Made by a program: the position numbers and the translations under genes. The notes under the pieces are model-generated. The model was not told where the DNA came from. It saw only the letters and a program-made list of their open reading frames with translations, and made no database searches. Positions 54,646 through 63,008 of a stretch of DNA of 64,000 bases are shown piece after piece (positions within the stretch are counted from its first letter, which is position 1; each line of letters begins with the position of its first letter). The DNA comes from Acidimicrobiia bacterium (GTDB lineage: Bacteria; Actinomycetota; Acidimicrobiia; Acidimicrobiales; JANYDT01), in the NCBI GenBank assembly GCA_031418035.1, contig JANOWU010000287.1, positions 11,583 through 75,582 on the forward strand, read 5' to 3'.

Positions 54646-55218
54646 CAGATGTTGCCACGTCTAAGAAGGCAGACGAGCTACCGTGAGTCTGTGCCGACCG
54701 ATCTCCACCGAAACGCCGTGATCGTTCGCGACGCGGCGCGTGCGCGGGGCGTCGACATCGACGTACGCAGTTTCGATCAGGGTGCGAGAACCGCACTCGA
54801 CGCCGCGGCCGCCGTGGGCGTCGAGGTCGGCCAGATCGTCAAGTCCTTGATCTTCGCTGTTGGCGAGGCGACCACGCAGCTGGGCGCCGAAGTCGTCCTC
54901 GCCATGGTGAGCGGTGCGAACAACCTCGACGAGCGCAAGCTGGCCGCCGCCGCCGGCACATCGCGGGCGTGGCGTGTCGATGCCGATGTGGTGCGGGCAG
55001 CTACGGGATTTGCGGTCGGGGGTGTCGCTCCGGTCGGGCATCCGAGCGTGCTGCGAACGTGGATCGACGAAGACCTCCTCCAATTCAGCGAGGTTTGGGC
55101 CGCCGCGGGGACGCCGGAGTGCGTGTTCGCAATAGCCCCGGAACAGCTGGTGTCGATCACTGATGCACGCGTTGCCGATCTCGCGAAACGTCGCACCGAT
55201 CAAGGGAGCACACCATGA
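54625..55218 (+). CDS. YbaK/EbsC-family aminoacyl-tRNA deacylase domain protein
   Basis: IVKSLIF..., VLAMVSGANNLDERKLA and GFAVGGVAPVGH. The start is more likely GTG 54691, because the ORF-track start overlaps the divergent NUDIX gene. Confidence 0.75.
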   Translation: MSKLCHHQMLPRLRRQTSYRESVPTDLHRNAVIVRDAARARGVDIDVRSFDQGARTALDAAAAVGVEVGQIVKSLIFAVGEATTQLGAEVVLAMVSGANNLDERKLAAAAGTSRAWRVDADVVRAATGFAVGGVAPVGHPSVLRTWIDEDLLQFSEVWAAAGTPECVFAIAPEQLVSITDARVADLAKRRTDQGSTP

Positions 55219-55637
55219 CGACCGGGTCCCAACCGCCCCGGGGTACTCGCAAGAGTGCCGACGGCACCATTCGTTACAACCCGACCGGGCCTGCACCGTC
55301 GTCGGCTCGACCGGCGACATCCGCTGCACCGTCGGCGCAGAAGCTAAGCGCGCTTCCCTCGCAGTCCGCCCGGGCCCTCGCGTTCGCCGCGATTTTGCTC
55401 GGTGGTTTTCTCGGTGGGCTCATTGGCTACAGCCTGGCGCGCGTCGAGTATCCGACGGGGCACGCCACAGCAAAAGCGCTCGCAGCGTCGATCGGCGCAA
55501 TCTTCGTGGCGAGCGGGACCGCAGTGCTCGCCGTCCTCGTTTTGCGGGCGATGGGCGAATGGCGAGTCGTTGATCCCACGGTGGCCCAGGTCCGACTGGG
55601 CAACATCACGCCCGGTGATTCGGAACCCACCCGATGA
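55215..55637 (+). CDS. Hypothetical membrane protein (2 TM helices)
   Basis: ATGA overlaps at both ends (55215..55218 and 55634..55637). Pro/Ser-rich N-terminus, then ALAFAAILLGGFLGGLIGYSL and SIGAIFVASGTAVLAVLVL. Confidence 0.6.
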   Translation: MTTGSQPPRGTRKSADGTIRYNPTGPAPSSARPATSAAPSAQKLSALPSQSARALAFAAILLGGFLGGLIGYSLARVEYPTGHATAKALAASIGAIFVASGTAVLAVLVLRAMGEWRVVDPTVAQVRLGNITPGDSEPTR

Positions 55638-56455
55638 CGACATCGGTTTCGGACCCACAGGAACTCCGCGAACTACGTCAACTCGCTGAACGAATCGCCA
55701 CCGAGGCAGGGAACTATCTCGTCGCCGGGCTGAATCAGAGTCGCATCGCGATCGACACGAAGTCGACCGGGACCGACATGGTCACGGAGATGGATCGAGG
55801 CGCGGAGAAGCTCATCGCCGACGCCATCTTGGCCAGTCGCCCCGACGATGGCCTACTCGGCGAGGAGGGCGCCCAACGAAAAGGATCGAGCGGCTTTCGC
55901 TGGGTCGTCGATCCACTCGACGGGACAACCAACTATTTGTACCGACATCCAATGTGGTCGGTCTCGATCGGCCTGGAGTTCAATGGCCGTCCTGTCGTAG
56001 GAGCGGTCTGCGCACCGATGCTGCAGTCGCTGTTCAGTGCACATAGTAATGGCGGAGCGACGAACAATGGCTCGCCGATTCACGTCGGCGACTGCAGCGA
56101 CCTCGGACGCGCGCTCGTCGGAACAGGCTTCGGGTACAAACCGGAGATGCGGGAATGGCAGGGCGGAATTCTTCACTCGCTCCTCCCCCAGGTCCGCGAC
56201 GTTCGGCGCGGAGGATCCGCGGCGCTCGATCTCTGCTACGTCGCTGCCGGGCACTTTGACGGGTACTACGAACGCAACCTGAACCCCTGGGACGCGTGTG
56301 CCGGAACGGTCATCGTGCGAGAAGCCGGTGGACGAGCCACGAGCCTGCGGGGTCTCGAGCCAGATGTTGGTATGACGATCGCCGGAAACGAGTTCGTTCA
56401 TGACGCGTTGCAGTCTCGGCTTCGCAACTTGGTGGAGACCTCGAGCCATCGCTAG
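55634..56455 (+). CDS. Inositol monophosphatase family protein (SuhB/ImpA/HisN-like)
   Basis: LGEEG, WVVDPLDGTTNY and WDACAG motifs. Confidence 0.9.
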   Translation: MTTSVSDPQELRELRQLAERIATEAGNYLVAGLNQSRIAIDTKSTGTDMVTEMDRGAEKLIADAILASRPDDGLLGEEGAQRKGSSGFRWVVDPLDGTTNYLYRHPMWSVSIGLEFNGRPVVGAVCAPMLQSLFSAHSNGGATNNGSPIHVGDCSDLGRALVGTGFGYKPEMREWQGGILHSLLPQVRDVRRGGSAALDLCYVAAGHFDGYYERNLNPWDACAGTVIVREAGGRATSLRGLEPDVGMTIAGNEFVHDALQSRLRNLVETSSHR

Positions 56456-56490
56456 AGGTGCAGGTACCGCACACATCCGCACACATCCGC

Positions 56491-56514
56491 ACCGAACGTG
56501 CGAGGTTCGGTTTT
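56491..56514 (+). terminator. Rho-independent terminator candidate downstream of the IMPase gene
   Basis: ACCGAAC-gtgcgag-GTTCGGT stem-loop followed by TTTTG. Confidence 0.55.
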
Positions 56515-56525
56515 GCTCTGTGCGC

Positions 56526-56963
56526 TTACTTTTCGAACAGAGCAGCGAGTCGTTCGAGAGTTTTCTCCATAGCTTTGGCGTTGCGATTCGGTGCGCCGAA
56601 GAGACGGAGGCCAAGTTTTGACTTCGATTTCGACCAATCAAACGTCTCGGTGACTTCCGTGGCGGTGCCATCTTCGGTCGGCTTGAGGTCATAGCGCCAG
56701 ACGTGGCCACCAAAGTGTTTCCATCCGATGACGCGATCCTCTTCGAATGCCACGACCGTGTTCTCGATCTTGTAGGGAACTCCCATCTTCATGGACATCC
56801 CGAAGTGCGCACCGAGACTCAGACGAGTAGGGGCCTCGGCGAGGGCCTCCTTGACGGTGCCTGAACCATCGATGTCGGCGTGGCGCGACGGGTTCGCGAG
56901 GATGTCGAAGATCGCGTCTGCGGGTGCGGCGACAGTCTTGCTTCGACGTACGACGTAGCTCAC
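56526..56963 (-). CDS. SRPBCC-family (START/polyketide cyclase-like) protein
   Basis: I set the start at GTG 56963, a GTGA overlap with the pfp stop at 56960..56963. Product begins VSYVVRRSKTVAAPADAIFDILANPSRHADIDGSG..., about 145 aa. Confidence 0.7.
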   Translation of the reverse strand: MSYVVRRSKTVAAPADAIFDILANPSRHADIDGSGTVKEALAEAPTRLSLGAHFGMSMKMGVPYKIENTVVAFEEDRVIGWKHFGGHVWRYDLKPTEDGTATEVTETFDWSKSKSKLGLRLFGAPNRNAKAMEKTLERLAALFEK

Positions 56964-58150
56964 GTTTGTCCGATCTGGGTGAGGAGGTCCTGGAACCACT
57001 CGGTCGCCGGGTCGAAATGCTTTCCGCCCGCGATTCGTTCGAACTCGATGGCCCGCAGTTCGAGGCCACGGTCCGTGTCGTGGCCGATGACCCCGCTGAC
57101 GCCCTGGAGCGCGTTCTGGGTTGCGGCCCCGACCATCGCGGCGATCAGCGCAGAGTCCTCGGCGTTGCTCGGTGCGGAACGGGCGAAGTACCCCGACTTC
57201 TGAACCTGTGCCTTCTCGGCGCCCACTAACGAGGCGAAACGTTGCGAGAACCACGATCCGACGTTGACCTTGTCGAGTCGAACGTGACCGAAGGCGTCTC
57301 GATCAACCGAGCCGCCCGACGCCTCGATCTCAGAAACGATGTCGGGCACGCCCGCACCTTCGGAGACGAACACGTTGGCCGTACCTTTTCGATCGATGAC
57401 CTTTCGGAGCCGTTCGGCCTCTCGATCGATGTCAACGCTCAGTTCGGGGATGTACACCGCGTCGATATCGAGCCACTTCGCGCCTACCCCGAACATGGGC
57501 GCAAGATCACGAACCGCCAGTCGGTCCCGGTACACCTTGGCCGTCATCGCCGTCAGCCAACCGCAGTTTCGGCCCATCACTTCGTGGATGATCAGGCTTC
57601 GGGGATTGGCGGAGCCTTCGAACACGATGTGCTCGAAAAATCGCGCACCTTCTTCGGCAGCAGTCGCCGCCCCCAGGGTGCGCTCGATGGGAAACACGTC
57701 GTTGTCGATCGTCTTCGGCAGACCAACGACGGTGAGGTCGTATCCGTTGGTCCGCAGATACGCCGCAAGGTCAGCGGCAGTGGTGTTGGTGTCGTCGCCG
57801 CCGATCGTGTGCAAGATATCGACCTTGTCGCGGGTCAGTTGCTCCGCCGCGACATGGAGGGGGTCGGCGCCCTCGGGAACGAGTCCTCGCTTCACACAGT
57901 CGGCGACGTTGGTCAGCTTCACCCGACTGTTTCCGAGTGGGCTGCCGCCGAAGCCGTACAGGGCGTGCGCTTCTCGCCGGGCCGCGAGATCGATGTTCAT
58001 CGACGTACCGGTAAGGAGCCCGGCGTAGCCGTCGCGATACGCAATCATCTGAGCTTCGGGAGCCTCGACGGTATAGCGCTCGATCAAACCACCGACCGAC
58101 GAAGACAAACACGGGGCCAGACCACCCGCGGTCAACATTGCTACTCGCAT
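56960..58150 (-). CDS. pfp: Pyrophosphate-dependent 6-phosphofructokinase (PPi-PFK type)
   Basis: Start at ATG 58150 (MRVAMLTAGGLAPC) with AAAGAGGG upstream. TIGGDDT replaces the GGDGS of ATP-PFKs, and LPKTIDND replaces PGTIDND. These Asp and Lys residues are diagnostic of PPi use. MGR is also present. Confidence 0.85.
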   Translation of the reverse strand: MRVAMLTAGGLAPCLSSSVGGLIERYTVEAPEAQMIAYRDGYAGLLTGTSMNIDLAARREAHALYGFGGSPLGNSRVKLTNVADCVKRGLVPEGADPLHVAAEQLTRDKVDILHTIGGDDTNTTAADLAAYLRTNGYDLTVVGLPKTIDNDVFPIERTLGAATAAEEGARFFEHIVFEGSANPRSLIIHEVMGRNCGWLTAMTAKVYRDRLAVRDLAPMFGVGAKWLDIDAVYIPELSVDIDREAERLRKVIDRKGTANVFVSEGAGVPDIVSEIEASGGSVDRDAFGHVRLDKVNVGSWFSQRFASLVGAEKAQVQKSGYFARSAPSNAEDSALIAAMVGAATQNALQGVSGVIGHDTDRGLELRAIEFERIAGGKHFDPATEWFQDLLTQIGQT

Positions 58151-58243
58151 CACGAACCCTCTTTCGGAGTTGAAATCCCATGGTAGTCCTGCCGACCTCG
58201 CAGTTCGCCCACAGTTCGCTGTCCGCCCACTACGTTGACGGGT

Positions 58244-59746
58244 ATGGCCGTCGTGATCTCCATCGATGCAGGAACAACCGGTGTACGCAGCTTTGCCGTT
58301 GATGAGCAGGGCAAGCCCCAGGGGTGGGCGTACCGGGAGTTCACACAGTTCTTTCCGCAGCCCGGCTGGGTGGAACACGATGCCACCGAAATCTGGGAGG
58401 CGGTGCAAGCAACGCTCCAAGACCTACTGACCAATCATCTGCCCGCCGGCACCGCCGTGGCAGCCATCGGGATCACGAATCAGCGCGAGACCGTCGTCGC
58501 GTGGGACAGGACCACCGGAAAGCCGTTGCATCGCGCCATCGTCTGGCAGGACCGTCGAACGGCCAGCGATTGCGAACGGCTCGTGGAAGCCGGCCATCTC
58601 GAGACGGTGCGTCGCCTCAGCGGTCTCGTGCTCGACCCGTACTTCTCGGGAACAAAGATGGCCTGGTTGCTCCGGGAGGGCGGCGTCGAGAACTCGACGA
58701 GTCTCGCGCTGGGAACTATCGACGACTGGTTGCTTTGGAACCTGACCGGAGGCGTCGACGGCGGTGTACACGCTACGGATCCCTCGAACGCGAGCCGGAC
58801 CATGCTCTACGACATTGCCGGGCGACAGTGGTCAGCCGAACTCAGCGAGATCTTGAAGGTTCCGCTCAGCGTCCTCGGCGAGGTCATGCCCAGCAGCGCG
58901 CGATTCGGAACAGTACGTGCACCTATTGGTGGTGGTGCACTCGCCGGAGTGCCGATCAGCGGGATCCTCGGAGACCAGCAGGCCGCGCTCTTCGGGCAGG
59001 CGTGCGTGAAGCCAGGAATGGTGAAGAACACGTACGGCACGGGCAGCTTCATTCTCATGAACGTTGGCGCGTCCTGCCCCGAGCCGACCGACGGATTGCT
59101 CACGACAGTCGCCTGGGACCTTGGTCGAAACGGTGGCTTTGCCTATGCGCTCGAAGGTGCCGTGTTCGTCACCGGTGCGGCGATTCAGTGGTTGCGCGAC
59201 GGTTTGCAGATCATCGAATCAGCAGCCGACATCGGCCCGTTGGCGGCGAGCGTCGCGTCGAGCGACGGCGTGTTCGTGGTGCCCGCGTTCACGGGTCTCG
59301 GCAGTCCGTACTGGGATCCCTATGCGCGCGGAACAATCGTCGGAATCACTCGCGGCACAGGCCGAGCTCAGATCGCGAGAGCGGTCGTCGAATCGATTGC
59401 GTATCAGGTGCGCGACGTTTGCGACGCCATGGCGAAGACGGCAAACACGACGGTTGCGGAGCTACGCGTCGATGGGGGCGCAGCGGTCATGGATCTTCTC
59501 TTGCAGCTCCAAGCCGATCAACTCGGCGTCCCGGTCTGTCGACCTGTCGTCACCGAATCCACGGCACTCGGGGCTGCGTTCGCGGCCGGCCTCGCCGAAG
59601 GCGTGTGGGCGTCGACCGACGAGGTGCTTTCGAGTTGGCAGGAGGAACACCGATTCGAGCCGAGCGGGCCGCGTGAGTTGGCCGACGTCGGCCACAACGA
59701 CTGGAAACGTGCTGTTGCGCGAAGCCAGGGGTGGGCTCGCCCGTAG
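58244..59746 (+). CDS. glpK: Glycerol kinase
   Basis: ISIDAGTTGVRS, FPQPGWVEHD, GITNQRETVVAWD and FTGLGSPYWDPYARG. The start is ATG 58244, or possibly TTG 58235. Confidence 0.95.
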   Translation: MAVVISIDAGTTGVRSFAVDEQGKPQGWAYREFTQFFPQPGWVEHDATEIWEAVQATLQDLLTNHLPAGTAVAAIGITNQRETVVAWDRTTGKPLHRAIVWQDRRTASDCERLVEAGHLETVRRLSGLVLDPYFSGTKMAWLLREGGVENSTSLALGTIDDWLLWNLTGGVDGGVHATDPSNASRTMLYDIAGRQWSAELSEILKVPLSVLGEVMPSSARFGTVRAPIGGGALAGVPISGILGDQQAALFGQACVKPGMVKNTYGTGSFILMNVGASCPEPTDGLLTTVAWDLGRNGGFAYALEGAVFVTGAAIQWLRDGLQIIESAADIGPLAASVASSDGVFVVPAFTGLGSPYWDPYARGTIVGITRGTGRAQIARAVVESIAYQVRDVCDAMAKTANTTVAELRVDGGAAVMDLLLQLQADQLGVPVCRPVVTESTALGAAFAAGLAEGVWASTDEVLSSWQEEHRFEPSGPRELADVGHNDWKRAVARSQGWARP

Positions 59747-59788
59747 CCCCGGAGCACAAGGCCCGGAGCACAAAGTCCCGGCGAGCGC

Positions 59789-60523
59789 TCAGGCTGCGGT
59801 GCTGACGGGAACCTGAGGTGTCTTCACCACGGTCGGGGCGGCTTCGGCAACTGCCGCGGTGTCGGCATTTTTCTTCGGCGCATACTCGTTCACATAGACC
59901 TGACCGGAAAGCTCGCGGAGTTCGAACATGATCTCGTCGGTGATCTGGCGCAGCACCAACGGATCATGTCGCGAACCTTGGAACCGATCGAAATGCAAGG
60001 GAGCCGAGAACTTGATCGTCACGGGCGACCCGAAGTTCGGTTTGACCTGACCGATCGGCTGCGCTTCGCGTGTACCGATCATCGCGGCCACAACAACCGG
60101 TGCGCCGGTGTCGAGTGCCAGACGAGCAACCCCGGTTCGGCCCTTGTAGAGCCGACCGTCGGGAGACCGCGTTCCTTCCGGGTAGATCGCGAACACACCT
60201 CCCCCGTCGAGGACTTCCTTTGCCGACTCCAGCGCACGTTGGGAGTCGGCGCCGCCGCCTCGCTTCACCGGGATCTGCCCCATCAGTTTGAAGAACCACG
60301 CAGTTTTTCGTTGCTCGAAGTACTCGGCCTTCGCCACGAAGATGACGCGCCGATCGAGTACCAGGGGCAGGAAGACCGAATCGCTGAAACTCAAATGATT
60401 CGATGCGAGAATGACGGCTCCATGTTGCGGCACATGCTCGATTCCCTCAACCCGAATCTTGAACAGCAAACGAAGTATCGGTCCCAGAACCGCCTTGACG
60501 ACTCGATATGCAATGGCAGCCAT
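59789..60523 (-). CDS. plsC: 1-acyl-sn-glycerol-3-phosphate acyltransferase-family protein
   Basis: NHLSFSD (HX4D) and YPEGTRS motifs. Confidence 0.85.
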   Translation of the reverse strand: MAAIAYRVVKAVLGPILRLLFKIRVEGIEHVPQHGAVILASNHLSFSDSVFLPLVLDRRVIFVAKAEYFEQRKTAWFFKLMGQIPVKRGGGADSQRALESAKEVLDGGGVFAIYPEGTRSPDGRLYKGRTGVARLALDTGAPVVVAAMIGTREAQPIGQVKPNFGSPVTIKFSAPLHFDRFQGSRHDPLVLRQITDEIMFELRELSGQVYVNEYAPKKNADTAAVAEAAPTVVKTPQVPVSTAA

Positions 60524-60575
60524 CGAAGTCCTTTCCTCGTGCGTGTCGTCAGCCTAGCGGTCTCTGCACCCCGGA

Positions 60576-61274
60576 TTGGGTGTCATGCCCCCCTCTTCAC
60601 CTAGCGTGTTGCCCGTGGAGCCCAGGCGACTAACTCAACGTGGCGAAGAACGCCGCCTGCAGATCCTTGCTCGCTCCGCCGAACTGTTTGCCACGCAGGG
60701 GTATCACCCGACGTCGGTTGCCGACATCGTGCGCGAATGCAACGTCGGCAAAGGCGTCTTCTACTGGTACTTCGAATCCAAAGAAGAACTGTTCGCCGAG
60801 ATCATTCGGGCCAATCAGTTAGCGCTGCGCAAGCATCAGGCCCGAAGTCTGCTGAACGAACGCGATCCTCTGGGTCGTATCGAGGCCGGTATTCACGCCA
60901 CAATGCACTGGTTCGCCGCCAACCGCCACGTCTTCGCGCTGTTCCAGTTCGCCTCGGCGGAAACCCTCTTCGCCCACTTGATCAACGACGGTGCCGAAGT
61001 TGGGATCGCCGACACGATGCGTCACGTCAAAGATGGCATCGCCTGCGGTCAGATCCACGACGGCGACCCGCTCTTGATTACCATGGCGATCATCGGCGTC
61101 ATCAATGCGCTCTCGCGCCGGTTCCTTGCCTCGCCCGATTCCGATGTCGCACCCGAAACCGTCGCGGCCGAAGCCACAACGTTCATTCTTTCGGGCCTTT
61201 CGGGTTCACGTCCGGCGCCGAGAAACCTTCGCCCCGAGTCCGTCGCGTCGAACGTCCTGCAGGGTTCGATCTAA
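60576..61274 (+). CDS. TetR/AcrR-family transcriptional regulator
   Basis: HTH region ILARSAELFATQGYHPTSVADIVRECNVGKGVFYWYFESKEELF. The start is TTG 60576 or ATG 60585. Confidence 0.9.
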   Translation: MGVMPPSSPSVLPVEPRRLTQRGEERRLQILARSAELFATQGYHPTSVADIVRECNVGKGVFYWYFESKEELFAEIIRANQLALRKHQARSLLNERDPLGRIEAGIHATMHWFAANRHVFALFQFASAETLFAHLINDGAEVGIADTMRHVKDGIACGQIHDGDPLLITMAIIGVINALSRRFLASPDSDVAPETVAAEATTFILSGLSGSRPAPRNLRPESVASNVLQGSI

Positions 61275-61277
61275 CGC

Positions 61278-61748
61278 TCAGGCTCCGGGCGTCTCGACCG
61301 GCTGGGCGAGCGTTTCGACGCGGTGCTTCAACTCGCGAAGCGCGGTGCCCATGATCTTGCCCTCGGCACGGCGCTTCACGAAACCGGGGATCGGAACGAC
61401 GAGTTCGACCGTGAGGTGATAGGTCACGTGGGTCGTGTTGTCGGGACCCTTTTCGAACACATACGTGCCGTCGAGCGCGCGCATGATGTCGCCGTCGACG
61501 AGGGTCCATTCGATGCGATGGTTGTCGTCGGTGTAGGTGTAGGCCAAGACGTACGAGGCGCTGCGACCCATCGCGGCGATCCGGTAGGACACCCTGATTG
61601 CTCGGCCCAGGGAGTCACGTTCGAGAACTTCGGACTCCTTCATGTCCGGCGCCCACTCCGGATAGCGCTCATAATCGAGCGCGACGGCGATGCACTGTTC
61701 CGGTGTCGCCAAAACGGTGGCGTGCTCAGTTGCGTGTTCAGTGGTCAT
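61278..61748 (-). CDS. SRPBCC-family (cyclase/dehydrase-like) protein
   Basis: CIAVALDYERYPEWAPDMKESEV...YRIAAMGRSASYVLAYTY...VPIPGFVKRRAEGKIMGTAL is typical of the polyketide_cyc2/SRPBCC fold. Confidence 0.75.
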   Translation of the reverse strand: MTTEHATEHATVLATPEQCIAVALDYERYPEWAPDMKESEVLERDSLGRAIRVSYRIAAMGRSASYVLAYTYTDDNHRIEWTLVDGDIMRALDGTYVFEKGPDNTTHVTYHLTVELVVPIPGFVKRRAEGKIMGTALRELKHRVETLAQPVETPGA

Positions 61749-61832
61749 ATTTGCTCATCATGCGACTCGTGGCCGTCTCTTGCAGATCTCTTCGACGACG
61801 TTGCACCTGCACTTTAGGCAGGGTCCACGACC

Positions 61833-62981
61833 TCACGACGCATTTGGAGGCGTCAACGCGTGCAGCGCCTGTCGAAGGCGCTCCGCCATCAAGTCATAGG
61901 TACATTCGCGAACGGCGCGTTCGTGGGCCGCTTCGGCCATGTCAGCGCGCCGCGTCGGATCTCGAAGCAGCGTTGCGATTGCGTCTGCCGCCGCTCTCAC
62001 GTCGGAGGGCCGGTCGATCACCAACCCGGTAACACCGTCGATCACCGCTTCGTGTGATCCGCCGCTGCGCCCCGCGACCTGCGTCAACCCGCTCGCTGCA
62101 GCCTCCAGGAACACGATCCCGAAACCTTCCTGCTCGAGTCCGCCCCAACGGTTCCGGCACAACATCACGAACAGATCACCGCATCGGTACAGGTCCTCGA
62201 GGTCGGCGTCGCTGAGGCGACCGAGGAAGCGCACGTCCACGTTCGCGTTCTTGGCCGCCACCCTGCGGAGGCGTTTGAGATCGCGCCCTGACCCACTGAT
62301 GGCGACGCAGACGTCGGGGAACTCACCGTGTAGCGCAGCTGCTGCACGAATGAGCACGTCGCGTCCTTTGCGCGGCACAAGGCGGCTCGTGCTGATGATC
62401 AGTGGCCCGTCGGGTGGTAGCCCGAGACGCTGGCGGAGCTCAGGTCGCCTTGCCGCCTCCACGGGCGTGAAGCGATCGACGTCGATCCCCGGCGGAATGA
62501 CCGTCGCCGGGAGGTCACGGCCCGACGCGTGCACGGCTTCGGCAAGCGGATAGTTCCCGGCGGCGATGACGTGATCGGCACCCCGAACAACTCGACGCAA
62601 CAGCTGCTTCGTGCCGGGCAGGCGGCCGGGAACTGTCACCTCGGCACCGTGGAGCACGACAGCGTAACGAAGCCCGTGGCGGCGCAGACGAGGACCGAGC
62701 CAGCCCACGGGAAGCGCCGGATCGAGCACGATGAAGTCCACGCCCAACTCCGCGGCCAACGCGACGATCTGTCGTTCGAGGATCGGTGTCGGAAGCAACC
62801 ACCGTTGGCGAGTCCGCACGATGCGCATGGGTGCAACGGCGTCGAATGCTTCGTCACCGTCGTAGGGGGTCGTCAGGACCGTGGCCTCACCCTCGGGAAG
62901 TCGACGCCACAACTCCCACAGATACGACTGAATACCCCCGATCTTGGGCGGAAAGTCATTGGTTACGAGCAAGTGCCCCAT
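61833..62981 (-). CDS. Family 4 (GT-B) glycosyltransferase, PimB/mannosyltransferase-like
   Basis: N-terminus LLVTNDFPPKIGGIQSYLWEL and the C-terminal EX7E region QEGFGIVFLEAAASGL. Confidence 0.8.
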   Translation of the reverse strand: MGHLLVTNDFPPKIGGIQSYLWELWRRLPEGEATVLTTPYDGDEAFDAVAPMRIVRTRQRWLLPTPILERQIVALAAELGVDFIVLDPALPVGWLGPRLRRHGLRYAVVLHGAEVTVPGRLPGTKQLLRRVVRGADHVIAAGNYPLAEAVHASGRDLPATVIPPGIDVDRFTPVEAARRPELRQRLGLPPDGPLIISTSRLVPRKGRDVLIRAAAALHGEFPDVCVAISGSGRDLKRLRRVAAKNANVDVRFLGRLSDADLEDLYRCGDLFVMLCRNRWGGLEQEGFGIVFLEAAASGLTQVAGRSGGSHEAVIDGVTGLVIDRPSDVRAAADAIATLLRDPTRRADMAEAAHERAVRECTYDLMAERLRQALHALTPPNAS

Positions 62982-63008
62982 GGGGCGAACACAGTAGAGG
63001 GACGGGTC

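Noticed and set aside
56467-56492. 10-bp tandem CCGCACACAT x2.6 just upstream of the terminator hairpin
   Set aside because: It is very short and low copy, and lies in a convergent intergenic spacer. It is most simply replication slippage. A similar 14-bp-period duplication (CCCGGAGCACAA x2) lies at 59748..59773 after glpK.
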